Made by a program: the position numbers and the translations under genes. 64,000 bases of DNA from contig NW_024704742.1 of NCBI RefSeq assembly GCF_018977255.1, forward strand, positions 73,472,001 through 73,536,000. Direction: 5' to 3'. This DNA is from Callorhinchus milii. Taxonomy: Eukaryota. The notes beneath the pieces are model-generated. The model had not been told where the DNA came from, did not search any database, and saw only the letters and a list, made by a program, of their open reading frames with translations. Shown piece after piece: positions 50,140 through 62,999 of the stretch (the stretch's first letter is position 1; each line of letters opens with the position of its first letter).

Positions 50140-50632
50140 ATCGTGAGCACTCGGCTCCGTGACCTTATAACCCCCATCCTCGCCGAATTCCACTGCTTCC
50201 AATCACACAGAGGATACAGTTCAAGATCCTGGTCCTCACCTTCAAAGCCTTCCATGGCCTTGCTCCCCCTCTACCTCTGCGACCTCCTCACCCCCTACCA
50301 TCCTGCCCACTCCCTCTGCTTAGCGGCCTCCAGCCTGCTTCACATCCCCGCATCACCAGCCCCACCATTGGCGGGCGGTCCTTCTGCCACTCTGCCACCA
50401 CCCTCTGGAACTCCATCCCGCAGTCCCTTCGCCTCGCCACCTCCCTTGCATCCTTCAAGACCCATCTCAAAATGCTCCTCTTCGACTGCTTTCGATCACC
50501 CTCCTTCCCCACCCCGCTCTCCAGCGCCCCAATCCCAACCCCCAGCTCGGGTCCAAAACGCTGATTGTCCAGCGTCTTGGGATGTCCTCCCGATGTGAAA
50601 GGCACTATACAATGTAATTTTGTTGTTGTGTT
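50140..50632 (+). mobile_element. L2 3' fragment (CCTCCCGA tail type)
   Basis: RLRDLITPILAEFH, ..LAP..LCDLL.., tail GGGATGTCCTCCCGATGTGAAAGGCAC..(TTG)n. Confidence 0.87.
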
Positions 50633-50763
50633 GTATTGCTTCCAATTGCGTTTGTCTCAGCTTCCAGCACAATAGTACATTCTCCCAAGCTTGTTGACAA
50701 TTATCCCCTTCTGTGAATGTAAGTGTCATATTTTCTGTTTTCTGTATCTGTGGACTTCATTTA

Positions 50764-51082
50764 GAGTCCTGTAGCTCAGTGGTTAGAGCACTCGCTTTGC
50801 AAGTGAGAGACCTGAGTTCAATTCCAGGCAGGGCGAAACCTTGGGCAAGTTTCCTTACTCCACACGCCTAATAATAATCCCTCCAAAACAAAAAAACAAT
50901 AATAAATTGGTCATTTTCAATCTACGACTGTTTGTGGGACATTGCTGTGCGCAATTGGCTGCCGCGTTCGCCCACAAATATACAGTCAATTCACTTTACA
51001 GTGTGTTCTGTGAAGCGCTTTGGGACGTCCTCCCGACGTGAAACGTGCTATATCAAATGCAAGGATTATTATTATTATTATT
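50764..51082 (+). mobile_element. tRNA-Ala SINE, short form, young CCTCCCGA-tail subfamily
   Basis: Intact A box TAGCTCAGTGG and B box GAGTTCAATTCC, retained CpGs, (TTA)n tail. Confidence 0.93.
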
Positions 51083-53589
51083 TATGCTACAGTTGAAGCT
51101 TCAGGATTTTTCCTTTGTTCTGTCTTTCCACAAATCAAACCCAGTGCTGAAACTACTGAGACAGAGTAACAAAAGTACTGAGCATATCATGGTCACATAT
51201 ATCTACATGGCTCAGCTTGGTACAAAAATACAAGGCAAACATGGTACGACACATGAGAAGAAGGGACTCATGGCCCTTTCATTTAATTTGTAACCTAGAA
51301 TGCACCCAAACTGCATCTGTCAGCCAATCAACATTCATCTTATTATTATTATTTGTCTGGAACTCCATCCCAGAATGCCTTCACCTCGCCCTCTCCCTCG
51401 CCTCTTTCAAGGCCCGTCTCAAGATATGTTGCTCTTTGACGGTATCTTTGGACACACTCTCATCCCCTACTCCCCACCCCTCTTGATTCCAACCCACAAC
51501 TCGAGTGCAAACTCTTAACTGTCCAGTGCCTTGGAACATCCTTCCGACGTGAATGGCGCTATTTAAATGTAATGTTGTTGTTGTCTTCCATTGGTCCTAG
51601 CACAGCCTTCTCTGGTACGCACAGAACTTTAAGGCTAGCTGACATCCGTCCAGGTGAATGCAATAAAAGATCTTGACTATTTCATTCAATGTAGTTTTAG
51701 CCTTCAAAATGATCTACGAGAAGACAAAACAATACAAACTTTACTATTTGTATTTATTACTTTAGTATTTATATTTATTGTATTGGATTTACTATTAATA
51801 TTCATTACACATAAGATAGAATCAAGAGGGCAAAGGTCACAGGTTGAGACCGGGACATTAGACTCATTTAAGAAACAACTTGATTCTGTAATGGAAGGAT
51901 GGTAGGGACGGTATTTTGGAAGGATGGATCAAAGGGATCAAATATGCCTTTCGGCTATGCACACCCAATACTCTACCATCTACCCCTGGATGCAGGTGAA
52001 GGAACCATTTTTGGGATAAGTACTTTGTTGAATTGCTTACAAGCTGTGTGAATTACATTTTTGTGCAGTTCATCTCACTGGAAAATGGAGTGAGAATATT
52101 GACATAAGCACAGAATGAACACTAACAGCCACGCTGCATACTGATAATAATCCTTGCATTTGATATAGCATTTTGTATGTTGGGAGGATGTCTTAAATTG
52201 CTTACAGGATTGTATTGCGTACACACAATCGTATGTTAACTAACTTTAAAGTTCTGCATCCATACACAAAAAAATCACTACACTTTACAATAAATCCCAT
52301 GAAGCTCTTTGAGACGTCCTCTCAACATAAAAGGAGTTGTATCAAATGCAAGCATTATTATTATTACATTGTCCAAGTATTCTAAACTGACTTTCACCTG
52401 GAGCATCACTCTCAACTTAGCTCTTCGTGATCATTAATATCAATTAAAATAGACCATTTCTTATTCATTGCATTTTTCACGTAATCACGTATTTTCAAAG
52501 GAATAGAGTCCCTTGAAGTTAGTAAGTTCCTAAGAGAAGTGACACCAGAGGTCTAATACGTGCAGTTTGTTAATCCGAGCAAATGCAAATGTTCTTATAA
52601 TAGGATTTCCGATTATAAGCTTGGGTAAATTGCTTGTTAATATTAGCAAACAGCACAAGTTTGACTGCAATGCAGTTTTGTGCAGTAAAAAAAAATGATG
52701 GGCAGTGAGATCAATGGTCTTGCTACATCAAAAATTTGTACACTGGCTTTGATTTAACCCTATTCTTGTTACTCCTTAGATTTTATTACATACACCTACA
52801 AAATTACTAAAACACAGTCATTCCACTTTATAGTAAATCTGCAAAGCGCTTTGAGATGTCTTCCCAATGTGAAGGGTGTTATATCAATCACAAGGATTAT
52901 TATTATTATTAATATTATTCCATGGGATGAAAATGCCTAAAAGCTGTTGAAAACAAACTGTTGTCTCTTTCCCTTTAGTAGCTGCCAGCTCCTGAAATCC
53001 ACTCTTGCGCTTCTGACTGGAGGGTCAGTTTTGAAGTTGCCAGCATACTGTATAAGAGTTTTTGATCTGAGTTTTGGCAGATTTAAGGAACTTAAATCTA
53101 CAAAAAGGCTGAGTTATGGACCTGGTTCAGAAATGCTGTCACTGTAAAAGGAATCAATAACACTTGTCAAGTGTAAGAAAGTAGAGACTAGTGTAAAAGG
53201 GTAGGACGGCTGTCCTGTGTTCCAGGAGACGAGAGTTAACATAGCCAAGCTCAGCTGCATCCAAATGGAACAGACAAGGTCTTTCTCTCATTTCACTCAG
53301 CAAAGCATAAAAGTGGAAAGGTAGAAATGATAAATGAGCACTTAACCAATCAATAGCAGAAGCTGTGCCAGACAAAAACTGCTTTTTAGGTTTTATTTTG
53401 CTTACTGACGATTTTATTATAATCATATTTTGCCCCCAATTCAACGACAGGAGTTCAGAATTAACCCTTCCTTGTCTATTGGTCTTCAAAATAATTGGGG
53501 ATTAATTGTGCTACTATAGTCAATATACAACAACATTACATTTGTATAGCACTTTATACTCTCATAATTTCCCTTATTCCTTACTTTGA

Positions 53590-54020
53590 TAATAATAATC
53601 CATGCATTTGATAAAGCACCTTATGATGGGGAGATGTCTCAAAGTGCATCACAAGATAGACTGTAAAGTGGTGTGACTGTGTATTTTGTGGGCGAAATGC
53701 GGCAGCCAGTTTGTGCGCAGCAATGTCCCACAAACAGCCATGGAGTGAGTGACCAATTTTTATTTAGGATATTATTGACCAGGACAATGGGGCAAACTCC
53801 CTTCTCTTTTCCAATAGTGCCATGGGATCTTTCATGTCCACTTGAACAGGCAGACGTTGGTTTAACGTCTCATTTGAAGGACAGCACCTCCGACAATGCA
53901 ACACACCTCCAGCACTGTATTGGATTGTCAGCCTAGACTATGCGATTCCAAGCCCCAATGTGGGGCTGGAACCCATAACCTTCTGACTCAGAGGCGAGAG
54001 TGCTACCACTGAGTAAGGCT
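53590..54020 (-). mobile_element. Full-length Deu-domain SINE, followed by an inverted head copy (54031-54078)
   Basis: Reverse complement of the 49248-49670 type. Confidence 0.8.
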
Positions 54021-54271
54021 GACACACATAAGCCTGGCTCAGTGATAGCACTCTCGTCTCTGAGTCAGAAGGCTGTGGATCTGATGAGATTTGAGATCTC
54101 AAGAGGGATGATATTCAAGTTTGTTGATAGCTTGATTCATGTCAAACCTAACCAGAGCATTATACATCTTCAATATGGCATCCTAGGATCTGAACTCAAC
54201 TGATTTAGTAACACAGCCCAGCATCCTGTTTGCCTTGTTTATTTCTGCCTCACATTGTTTTGACATGATAA

Positions 54272-55010
54272 ACATGGAAACAGGAGTAGGCCATTCAGCC
54301 CCTCGAGCCTGTGCCTCCATTCCCTAAGATCATGGCTGATCTGTACCTCAAGTCTAATTACCTGCCCTTGTTCCGTATCCCTCAATACCCTGGCCTAACA
54401 AATATCTATCCACCTCAGTCTTGAAAGTGTGAATGTATCCAGCACCCACAACCTTTTGGAGGAGAGAGTTCCAGATTTCTACTACCTTTTGGGTGAAAAA
54501 TTGCCAACTAATTTCTCTCCTAAATGGCCGAGCTCTAATTTTAAGATTATGCTCCTTTGTTCTGGATTCCCCCATCAGAGGAAATAGTTTCTCTGTATCC
54601 ACTTTACTGAATCCCTTTATTATTTTAAAAACTTTGTTTAGCTCACCCCTCAACCTTCTAAACTCAAGGGAATACAGACCATGTTTATGGAACCTGTCTT
54701 CATAATTCAACCCTTTAAGCCCTAGTAAGCCATTCTGGTGAATCTGCATTGCACTCCCTCCAGAGCCAATATATCCTTCATGTGATGCGGTGCCCAAAAC
54801 TTAACACAGTACTCCAGATGGAGTCTGATCAAAGCTCTATACAGTTGAAGCATCATTTCCTCTCCTTTATATTCCAGCCCCCTTGAGATAAAGACCAACA
54901 TCCCTTTAGCCTTTTTGATAACTTTTTGTAAATGTGAGCTTGTTTTTAGTTATTTGTGTATGTGGACACCCAAACCCCTGTGCTCTTCCACAGTTCTTAG
55001 TTTTTCAGCA
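54272..55010 (-). mobile_element. CR1 (HER1-like) 3' fragment nested in an older CR1 remnant
   Basis: LNYEDRF..LYSLEFRRLRG..FFTQKVVEIWNSL..FKTEVDRYL. Tail AGATCAGCCATGATC..GGGGCTGAATGGCCTACTCCTG. Confidence 0.88.
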
Positions 55011-55740
55011 TTTAGAAAATATTTTGTTTTGATAATGTGAACAATGAGTCAATTAATTCCCCTATAACTCTTTAAACGGGTTTAACGTTTTATCCATTCA
55101 CAGAGTACTTATGTTTCCTTACATTATATAGGTAGCACATTTGTCTGTATTGAACTACATTTGCCAGTTATCAGCTCATGTGCATATCAAGCTCTCTTTG
55201 TAAAACCTTCCCTGATTCCACAGTTCAATATTACTGATATAATATTGAAAGAATTTCTGGGAGATATGTTTTGCATTTGTAGCTAAGTCACTTTCCAGTT
55301 CTCTCTTGGCTTCTCTAATCTCTCACCCTCTCGTTTCTCCCTTATAAGTTTTATAAATCTTTTTTAAATCTCTCTTTTTCCCTATTTATCCATTTTGGTG
55401 TGTGATTTTTAAATAAAGATAAATAGTTCTGGGCAGTTTATCTTCACAAGTACACTGGTACTTGGGAGAGAAGTCAGGAAGGACAAGGCATAATCAAGGA
55501 CTCAGACTCTAAGTTATGCAGAGAGACTCACAGAGCTAAACTTATGTTTACTGGAGAAAAGAAGATTAAGTAGGTTAGAAATGCTGAGAGAAACTGATAA
55601 GTAGTCTATTTAACTTGAACTGTGAGTGCAAAACTGAAGAGCAACATTAGATTAGGAAGACATTTAGAGATAATTAATGCAATGTTGATTATAAACTAGA
55701 GCTGGATGCGTATCTGGCTAGGAATGGAATAAGGAAAAGA

Positions 55741-55804
55741 ACAATGAGTACAGTGAGTTCCTATAACACTGAACAGTGAGTACAGTGAGTCCCTATATCA
55801 CTGA
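55741..55804. repeat. 32-bp tandem duplication inside a + strand CR1 remnant
   Basis: ACAATGAGTACAGTGAGTTCCTATAACACTGA / ACAGTGAGTACAGTGAGTCCCTATATCACTGA. Confidence 0.85.
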
Positions 55805-57467
55805 ATGGTTGAGAGCAACTTAAACTGCTGGATAAAATGCATAAATGGACAAGAAGAAGTCAACCAGGGATGAATAATATGTGATGTAGGATATTTTGGG
55901 TTTGTCCTAGATTTCCCTTTGCATAACGTATTATCAGGAAGTTGAGCAGAAAACATGATAGAATGTTTTGTGTGAAGGAATGGGCTTGATAGGCTAAATT
56001 ACCTTTACTCATTCTATGTTTTCTTATGGTTTTATGTTGCATAAAATAATGTTGCTATACACCAGAACTGATCAATAATTTGGGAATGTGTGAGCACTTA
56101 GGCTCAATGATTTAGTAGAGATGGAAACAAAATCCACTCGAATGAGTTAACCAAGAAACATACCAAGGCCAGATTGGCTGAATAAGGATGTCACAGCTAG
56201 TACAAAAGGTCAGACAGAAATATTTTAAATAGAAAGAAAAAACAGTGAGGACTCAAAGTCATCGGAGTTTAGAACAACTGAAAGGGCTTAGCCCAATGTT
56301 GCAACTTCAAATGTGAAGTGAGTGGGTTTGAATAAATGTAAATCATTTCTGACAGTGCAGGGGCCATTAGTGTCCTGGGTGCAGGTCTTTCCACTCCTTT
56401 GTTACTACGTGGGTTTTTGTTCTTTTCCTTTTCCAGCTGGAACCTTTAATATTCCTTAACTGAAGAATTTCAAGAAAAAAATTCAAGTTTTCTGATGACC
56501 TCTTTAATAATAGGAACAATCCTTGCATTTGACTCACTGCTTATCATGTTATCGAGACATCGCAAAGTGCTTCACAGGACATACTGTGAAGTGGATTGAC
56601 TGTATATTTTGTGGGTGAAACTCAGCAGCCAGTTGCACACAGAAATGTCCCACAATCAACCATGGAGTGTGTGACCAATTTTACTTGGGGTGATTGTTGG
56701 CCAGGACACCGGGAGAAACTCCCTTATTTTATTTATATATATATATATAAAACACAGTCACTTCACTTTACCATATATCTTGTGAAGGAATGTTCTCCTG
56801 ATATGAAGAAGCTAAATTAAATGCAAGGATTATTATTAAAAGGGTTGTAAAGCTCGGCCAAAATCTAATGATAAGAAAATTAATGCAGTTCTATTCAACT
56901 GAGAGTAGAATAGATGACTGAAGGTCATCTGAAAGTTATAACTTTGAAGAGTTGCTGTGGCTCAGCAAACATCTCCTGTCAGAGAATCATAGATAATTAA
57001 CCTTATCAGCCACTTACATCAGCCTTTTGATGTATTGTATTGTTTGAATACTGAGTGTTGATCACTTCAATCAGAAAGCTGGTTTGACTGATTTCCTAAG
57101 CAGAACATTTAACCATATTAAATTCAACAAAGGCCTTGTAATTACTGTAACAGAAGGATTCTATTTTCTATTTTTTCTGGGGTTTTGCTTTTCATCTCTT
57201 TGGGCTAATCATGCCCTCATTTCTACCTGCAATGCGGTACCTTTTTATATATAAAAAAAACTAATTACATATCTGGAAGCAATTGGACCAGTTTCCTCTT
57301 TCAGTATTTTTGTAAGTAAGGTGTTTGGATGTGTATTACTATGTGCATACCAATCAGTTTTGGACAAGTGCTAGCATTGCTTAGTAACACATAGCCTATT
57401 GTGTTCCAGAAACAGAAGTGAATATGCCTTGTTAGCATGTGCTACTTCCTCTGTTTTTCATTGATGT

Positions 57468-58230
57468 CAGCCTGGCTCAATTGGTAGCACTCTCACCTCT
57501 GGTAAGGAAGGTTGTGAGTACAAGCTCCATGTCACGACTTTGAGCTGAAGGCTAGACATACTGGAGGAAAACTGCATAGTTGTAGATGCCATCCTTTGGA
57601 TGAAATGTTCCTTTGGATAAATTGATACTTCATTTACCGGTTCATATGGAGGTTAAAATATCATGATACTATTTAAAAGGGAAGGTATTTCTCTCGTTGT
57701 CCTAGCCAACAATCCTCTGCATAAATTCATCATTTACTTCATAATAATAATCATACTTGCATTTGATATCCCGCCTTATCATGTCTTCGAGATATCTAAA
57801 AGCGCTTCACAGAATATACTGTAAAGTGAATTGACTATATTTTGTGTGCGAAATGCAGCAGCCAATTGAGCATAGTAGTGTCCCACAAACAGTCGTGGAT
57901 TGAGTGATCAAATTTTTTTTTTTTAAGGCATTATTACCTCTGAAAAAGTAATCTGTCAATTGGGTTCCTACTTACTGCTGGGTAAAAGAGGTATGTGGAG
58001 CAAGGAAACTTGCCCAAAGTTTTGCCTTGCCAGAAATCAAACCCAAGTCCTCTCGTTTGCGAGGCGAGTGCTCAAACCATTAAGCTACAAGACTCCTCGG
58101 CTGTTTATAAAACCTGTTGTGTGCAAATTAGTTTCTGTGTTTGCCCACAAATATAGTCACTACAGCAATTAACCTACAAAGTACTTTGAGACATTTCAGT
58201 GTTATAGGTACTATGGCAAATGAAAGGTTT
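57468..58230 (+). mobile_element. Deu-domain SINE split by a minus-strand long-form tRNA-Ala SINE (57741-58096)
   Basis: CATTTACTTCAT|..|GGCTGTTTA rejoin the Deu-SINE body. The inserted element is the reverse complement of the 31271-31651 type. Confidence 0.78.
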
Positions 58231-58853
58231 TGTTTAATTTAAGTGATAACTTACAAGAACCTCACTTAAGTCATGCAGAGTCGTAATACTACAAAATCAG
58301 TCAATCAGAAACCTGTCATTTCAGCATTTATCAGATTTGGTTTATTTGAGTCTTTTACAAAAGATCACATTTTTCACCCCTATATCTCAGGCTATAGAGA
58401 GCTGCTCATTAATAATATCAGCCTGTAATGAGGTGTTCAGTGGTTCAGTGCCTCAGGATATAAAACATAAACATGGGTTCATTTCAGCCATGGTATTCTG
58501 TGTTGTTATTATTACAAATAGCCAATAAATTGGTATCTAGGTATATTAGTTTGAGTTGCTCATTATGCCTAAACTGTGAGATGGCTAAAAGCAAAGTGAA
58601 CAGGGATGCTAATCTATACTGAGAAAATCAATTGAATTAACATTTCCTTGAAATCATACTTAAGCCATACAACTGCACCTAGCGTATTGCAACACAGTGT
58701 GGCATTAGTAGTTTGGAGGAGAGCATTTGGACCCCGGAGGGAGTGGCGAGCAGAGCAATGAGGTTAATCAGTCATATAATAACAATAATCCGTGAAAATT
58801 ACCACCAACTAGTGGACAATGTTATTATTGCTTTTTTTCTGTCTTGTATTCAG

Positions 58854-59029
58854 GGGCGACCAAAGACATGGGGAAAATGTTGGGTGGGGATGAAGAGAAA
58901 GATCCTGATGCCGATAAAAAGGAGGAAGAAAGACTAGAAGCTATTCGACAGGAAGAAGAAGAGCGTGCAGGAAAATATGCCAAAATTGAGGCTGAGAGGG
59001 AAATAATGCGACAAGGAATACGTGACAAG
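58854..59029 (+). CDS. CPLX1: Complexin (CPLX1-like), second coding exon (residues 11-69: accessory helix and SNARE-binding central helix)
   Basis: Polypyrimidine tract + CAG|GG GCG ACC AAA GAC ATG ... CGT GAC AAG|GTAGGA. The exon is 176 nt, phase 1 to 0, and joins in frame with 10301-10331: (G)[67 protein letters not shown] and RQGIRDK are CPLX1-type rather than CPLX2-type (GEEEK, KHAR, RQQIRDK). The paralog call is less certain than the family call. Confidence 0.93.
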
Positions 59030-59454
59030 GTAGGATGTTTTTAGAATTTTGTTATATAAGTTGTCCCTGAAACTCTGTCCTAGAGGCCTTCTGACTCAAC
59101 ACCTCCCTCCCTACCCATTTTCAAAGACCACCTCAAGACTTACCTCTTTGACCGTGTCTTCGGTCATCTTCCCCCCGCCCCCCCAACTCAGCTAACCCAA
59201 CCCCTGGTTCAGGAGCCAGGTCAGCTGCATTAAGTCCTTTTAGACATCCACCTAACATGAACGGTACTAGATAATGTATATTGTATTGTATTATATAAAA
59301 CAATGACCAACCATTAATTTCAAATGGGTCTAATTAGGTAAACTGCAGTGGAGACTATTCTGCAGGCGTAATTGTTTATCTGTTTATCTACTGTTTATCT
59401 TCCCAAACCATGCTCAAGCTTGACAAGCATTTTGGTCTGGATTGGACTAGTGTC

Positions 59455-59803
59455 ATTTTGTTGGATCAGCTGTGACAAATGAGGAAACCCATCCCCATGC
59501 TTACTACTATTCAAACCAGATTGAAAGTACCACATATGTATACCACCTGCACATGGAAATTCCCATGTATTGGAGTAGAATATGCGCTCTCACTCTGGAG
59601 AGAAGCATCCTGCTTATCTAATTCTGCCGATTGGCAGGAGCCAAGGCTTGGGGACCCCAGAGTGTGCATTGGGGTACAGCTAAAACCATACAGCTTGCCA
59701 TTGAGAGCACGATCAGGCAAGTTTCCCACTGCAGGTTCAGCTAAGACAGGGTTAACAGCAGCTGAGGCCGGCTGGACTGTCATCAGCAGTGCCTTGGAGT
59801 ATC
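59455..59803 (-). repeat. Internally deleted, 5'-truncated copy of the unclassified structured repeat
   Basis: Reverse complement contains GGCACTGCTGATGACAG..CTGTTAACCCTG..GGCAAGCTGTATGGTTTTAGCTG..GGGGTCCCCAAGCCTTGGC..AAGCATGGGGATGGGTTTCC..CAGCTGATCCAACAAAA. Confidence 0.8.
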
Positions 59804-61578
59804 ACCGGCTCCTCAAAAAACATGTGTTAGATTAGCTCCTAGTTTGCCAAATAATTCTCCTTAAAGCTAGCTCATCGTACGTTCCAGAAAGACCCAGTTC
59901 CCTTTACCCAATCCCCTTTGTTGTAGATTGAAATTAAATCGAGTAGAATTGTAATTCCGAAAAGATTTTTCAGATGAGGAATTGTCACCTAAACACTGAT
60001 TTCTGTGAGAATTATATATGAATTTAACCTACATCACATTGACTACATTTTAAAGTAACTCTATGTGAAGCACTCTTAGGTATTCTATGTATGTGTTATA
60101 ATAATTGAAAATATTTTTTATTTTATTTAATAATTCCACACAACGTAATTCCACTAAATTAAGAAGGACACAAAATCCAACCTTTTCATGGTGCGGATCT
60201 TAAATGTTAGGTTGATGGATTCCTGTGCAATAGGAAACAAGAAGGAAAGATTAGTACAAAGCAGCTGTCGACTTAGTAAAAATACAGAGAAATGAAGAAA
60301 GCAGCAATATTCTGAATTACTCTGAAAATTCTGCGATTCTGCAATTACACCAAGTTAGAGTAAATAATTAACTTTATCGCACACTTGTCACAAAAATAGA
60401 AATCTTACATCTTTCTGATGGGACATTCTTTATAAAGAAGGTGCAAAAAGAACACTATTTTCAGCTAACAGCACATGGTAGATCTCAAATCTCATACATA
60501 TGCTTTCCTTGTATCATACAGTGAAGACATCTGTGTTCACTAGCAAGTAAGTCCTGTCTAGATATGACTGAACAAGTGAGGAATTACTTACTTTTGCTAA
60601 GGGATACATCCATAAACTGTTCCAGTGATTCTTGTGATTTTCACTAAGAGCTGTCTAATCTTTTATACCTCTGAATTTGATAGTGGCTTTTGAACCCAGC
60701 ATTTGTGCAGAGTTTTCCATTCATAGTGCACGCTAGCCTATTGAAAATCTCTGAGTGTCTGCGTTTATTCTCAAAAGCATTTAAAATGTAATGGTAGTTG
60801 TAGAAAATACATAGTGATACATACACTTTGTGGCTGAGAAACATGAGAATGACATTCTCAGTCTGAAGTGCTAGGACATATTCAAATTACACAGCCTCCA
60901 CTTACTGGCTGGTCAGTTTTCTCCTTATTACATTTTCCATACTCAGAATAATTTCAACTATGTTATTCAAAGCAAATACAATGAAGGTATTAGAGTGACA
61001 CTCTGATAACTTGTCACCCCAAGGGAAATAGCTCAAATCACTACTTATCATAGTTGACTAGTTATCCAAAGTACCGTATCTAGAAAGAACAAAGTACTTG
61101 AATCTTCATGGCAATGACGTCTCTACATTTTGTATTCAAAATGCTCACATGAGTCTTTAAGACATTTACAATGGCTCATACACGAATGCAAAACTGAATG
61201 GTAATCATCAATTGCATGGTTACAAAAACTCCAAGCAAGCTGATGACACAATGCATAGCAAAAATAATCACAGACCCAAAAATGCTGGCTGATCAGAATG
61301 CTGTCAGTGATATATAACATGGAAACATTTGTCTTAAAAGTGAGAAAACCTGAGTAGTTATGATCTATCCAGGGTGACTAGTCATCATAGCATCAAAATT
61401 AACATTTTGTAAGGGAAATAGCTGGGATATTGAGTGAGTGGCTAATTATGTGGCGTTGATGACTTATCCCAGGGCGAGCTTTTAGAGTTTTACTTTATTA
61501 GGTAAAGAACTGTTCCAGGTGCAGGAGAGTAAGCTGCTTATTCACTCACTCTTTATTTTGCTGACATTTGCTGGTTAT

Positions 61579-61940
61579 GTGGAGTCCTGTATCTTAGTGA
61601 TTAGAGCACTAGCCTCGAAAGCCAGAGAACCTGAGTTCAATTCCATGGCAGGGCAAAACTTTGGGAAAGTTTCCTTACGCCACACACCTCATTTACCTAG
61701 CAGAAAATAGGAACCTGGTTGCTAGTCGATTGACAGATCGCTTTTCCAGGGGTAATAATCCCTTAAAAGAAACAAGAATTTCATTACTGAATCCACAACT
61801 GTTTGAGGGACACTGCTCTGCGCAATTTGCTGTCATGTTTTGTCCACAAAATGTACAGTCAATTAACTTTACTTTGTGAAGCACATTGAGATGTCTCAAA
61901 GACGTAATAAGGCGTTATGTCAAATTCAAGGATTATTAAT
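61579..61940 (+). mobile_element. tRNA-Ala SINE, long form
   Basis: Colinear with 31271-31651. Confidence 0.85.
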
Positions 61941-62226
61941 AATAATATTAATCCTTGCATTTGATATAGCGCTTTTCATGTCTTCTCAACGTCTCAAAGC
62001 GCTTCACAGAATAGACTGTAAAGTGAAGTGACCATATGTTTGTGGACGAAACGCGGCAGCCAATTGCGCACAGCAGTGTCTCACAAACAGTCGTGGATTG
62101 AGTGACCAATTTATTATTGTTTTGGTTTTGGAGGGATTATTATTAGGCGTGTGGAGTAAGGAAACTTGCCCAAGGTTTCGCCCTGCCTGGAATTGAACCC
62201 AGGTGTCTCGCACTTAAAGCAAGTCC
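61936..62226 (-). mobile_element. tRNA-Ala SINE, short form, AGAAGAC tail, inserted tail-to-tail into the previous SINE's TTA tail
   Basis: Junction AAGGATTATTAATAATAATATTAATCCTTG. Reverse complement of the short-form consensus, lacking the first ~25 nt. Confidence 0.88.
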
Positions 62227-62999
62227 ACCATTGTCCTGGCAACCAGGACTGTCTCGGTACAAGAATCCTCTGCAACAGGATGCCTGGATGTAGGATTCTC
62301 AGGTAAGACAGCTATAGACTTCAGGATATTACTGACCGCAAGACATCTACTTTGAATAAAGTTTGCTAATTCAGGAAGGAACAAATTGTGATGTGTTTGT
62401 TTGAAACATCATCTTCATTAAAAAGATCTCAAGCTTAAGCAAGGTTTTGTCAGACTCCAAATGTCCTTTTATTACAGCAGATTTACTGCAACTATTATAA
62501 ATGTATTTAGGTTCACTGTAATATACCACTCTATGGTCAAATGTACTAAAATGGCTTCAGACTAATGACTGCTGATAATTTCTTCACTCTTTCACCCACA
62601 GTATCTATTTCATTGGATGCACATCTTCGTATTGTTATATGTATCAATACTGTGGACTTCCTTTTATAACTTCCATTGGTATTTATAAAACTGATATTTA
62701 TAACACTAAAATCTCCCATTCACGCTTCATTGGAAATATTCTATAGATATATTTGGGTTATGACTCATTTAAGAAACAGCTTAATGCTGTGAAGGGAAGA
62801 CAGTAGGGTGGAAGAGTGAGATCAAATGGACTGAAGTGTCTTCTTCATCCTAATCTCACTTGTGCTCTTGTGCTGCTTTCCTACAATGGAATGTAAATAC
62901 TGAAAGTGCAGTGTGGCATGAAATCAATCATTCACTCTGCAGTACTGAAGAGGAACCACTGTCCATTGTAACAAGACAAAAAGATTAGGAAGAAAATGT

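Larger units (their letters stand above)
10332..58853 (+). other. 48,522-nt GT-AG intron of the complexin gene
   Basis: GTAAGT donor at 10332 and TTCAG acceptor ending at 58853. Splicing yields a continuous complexin reading frame with no missing residues. Confidence 0.9.

Noticed and set aside
10217..59029. Exon 2+3 circle of 291 nt (multiple of 3) as a rolling-circle ORF
   Set aside because: An in-frame TGA at 10229 in the UTR part would terminate translation.
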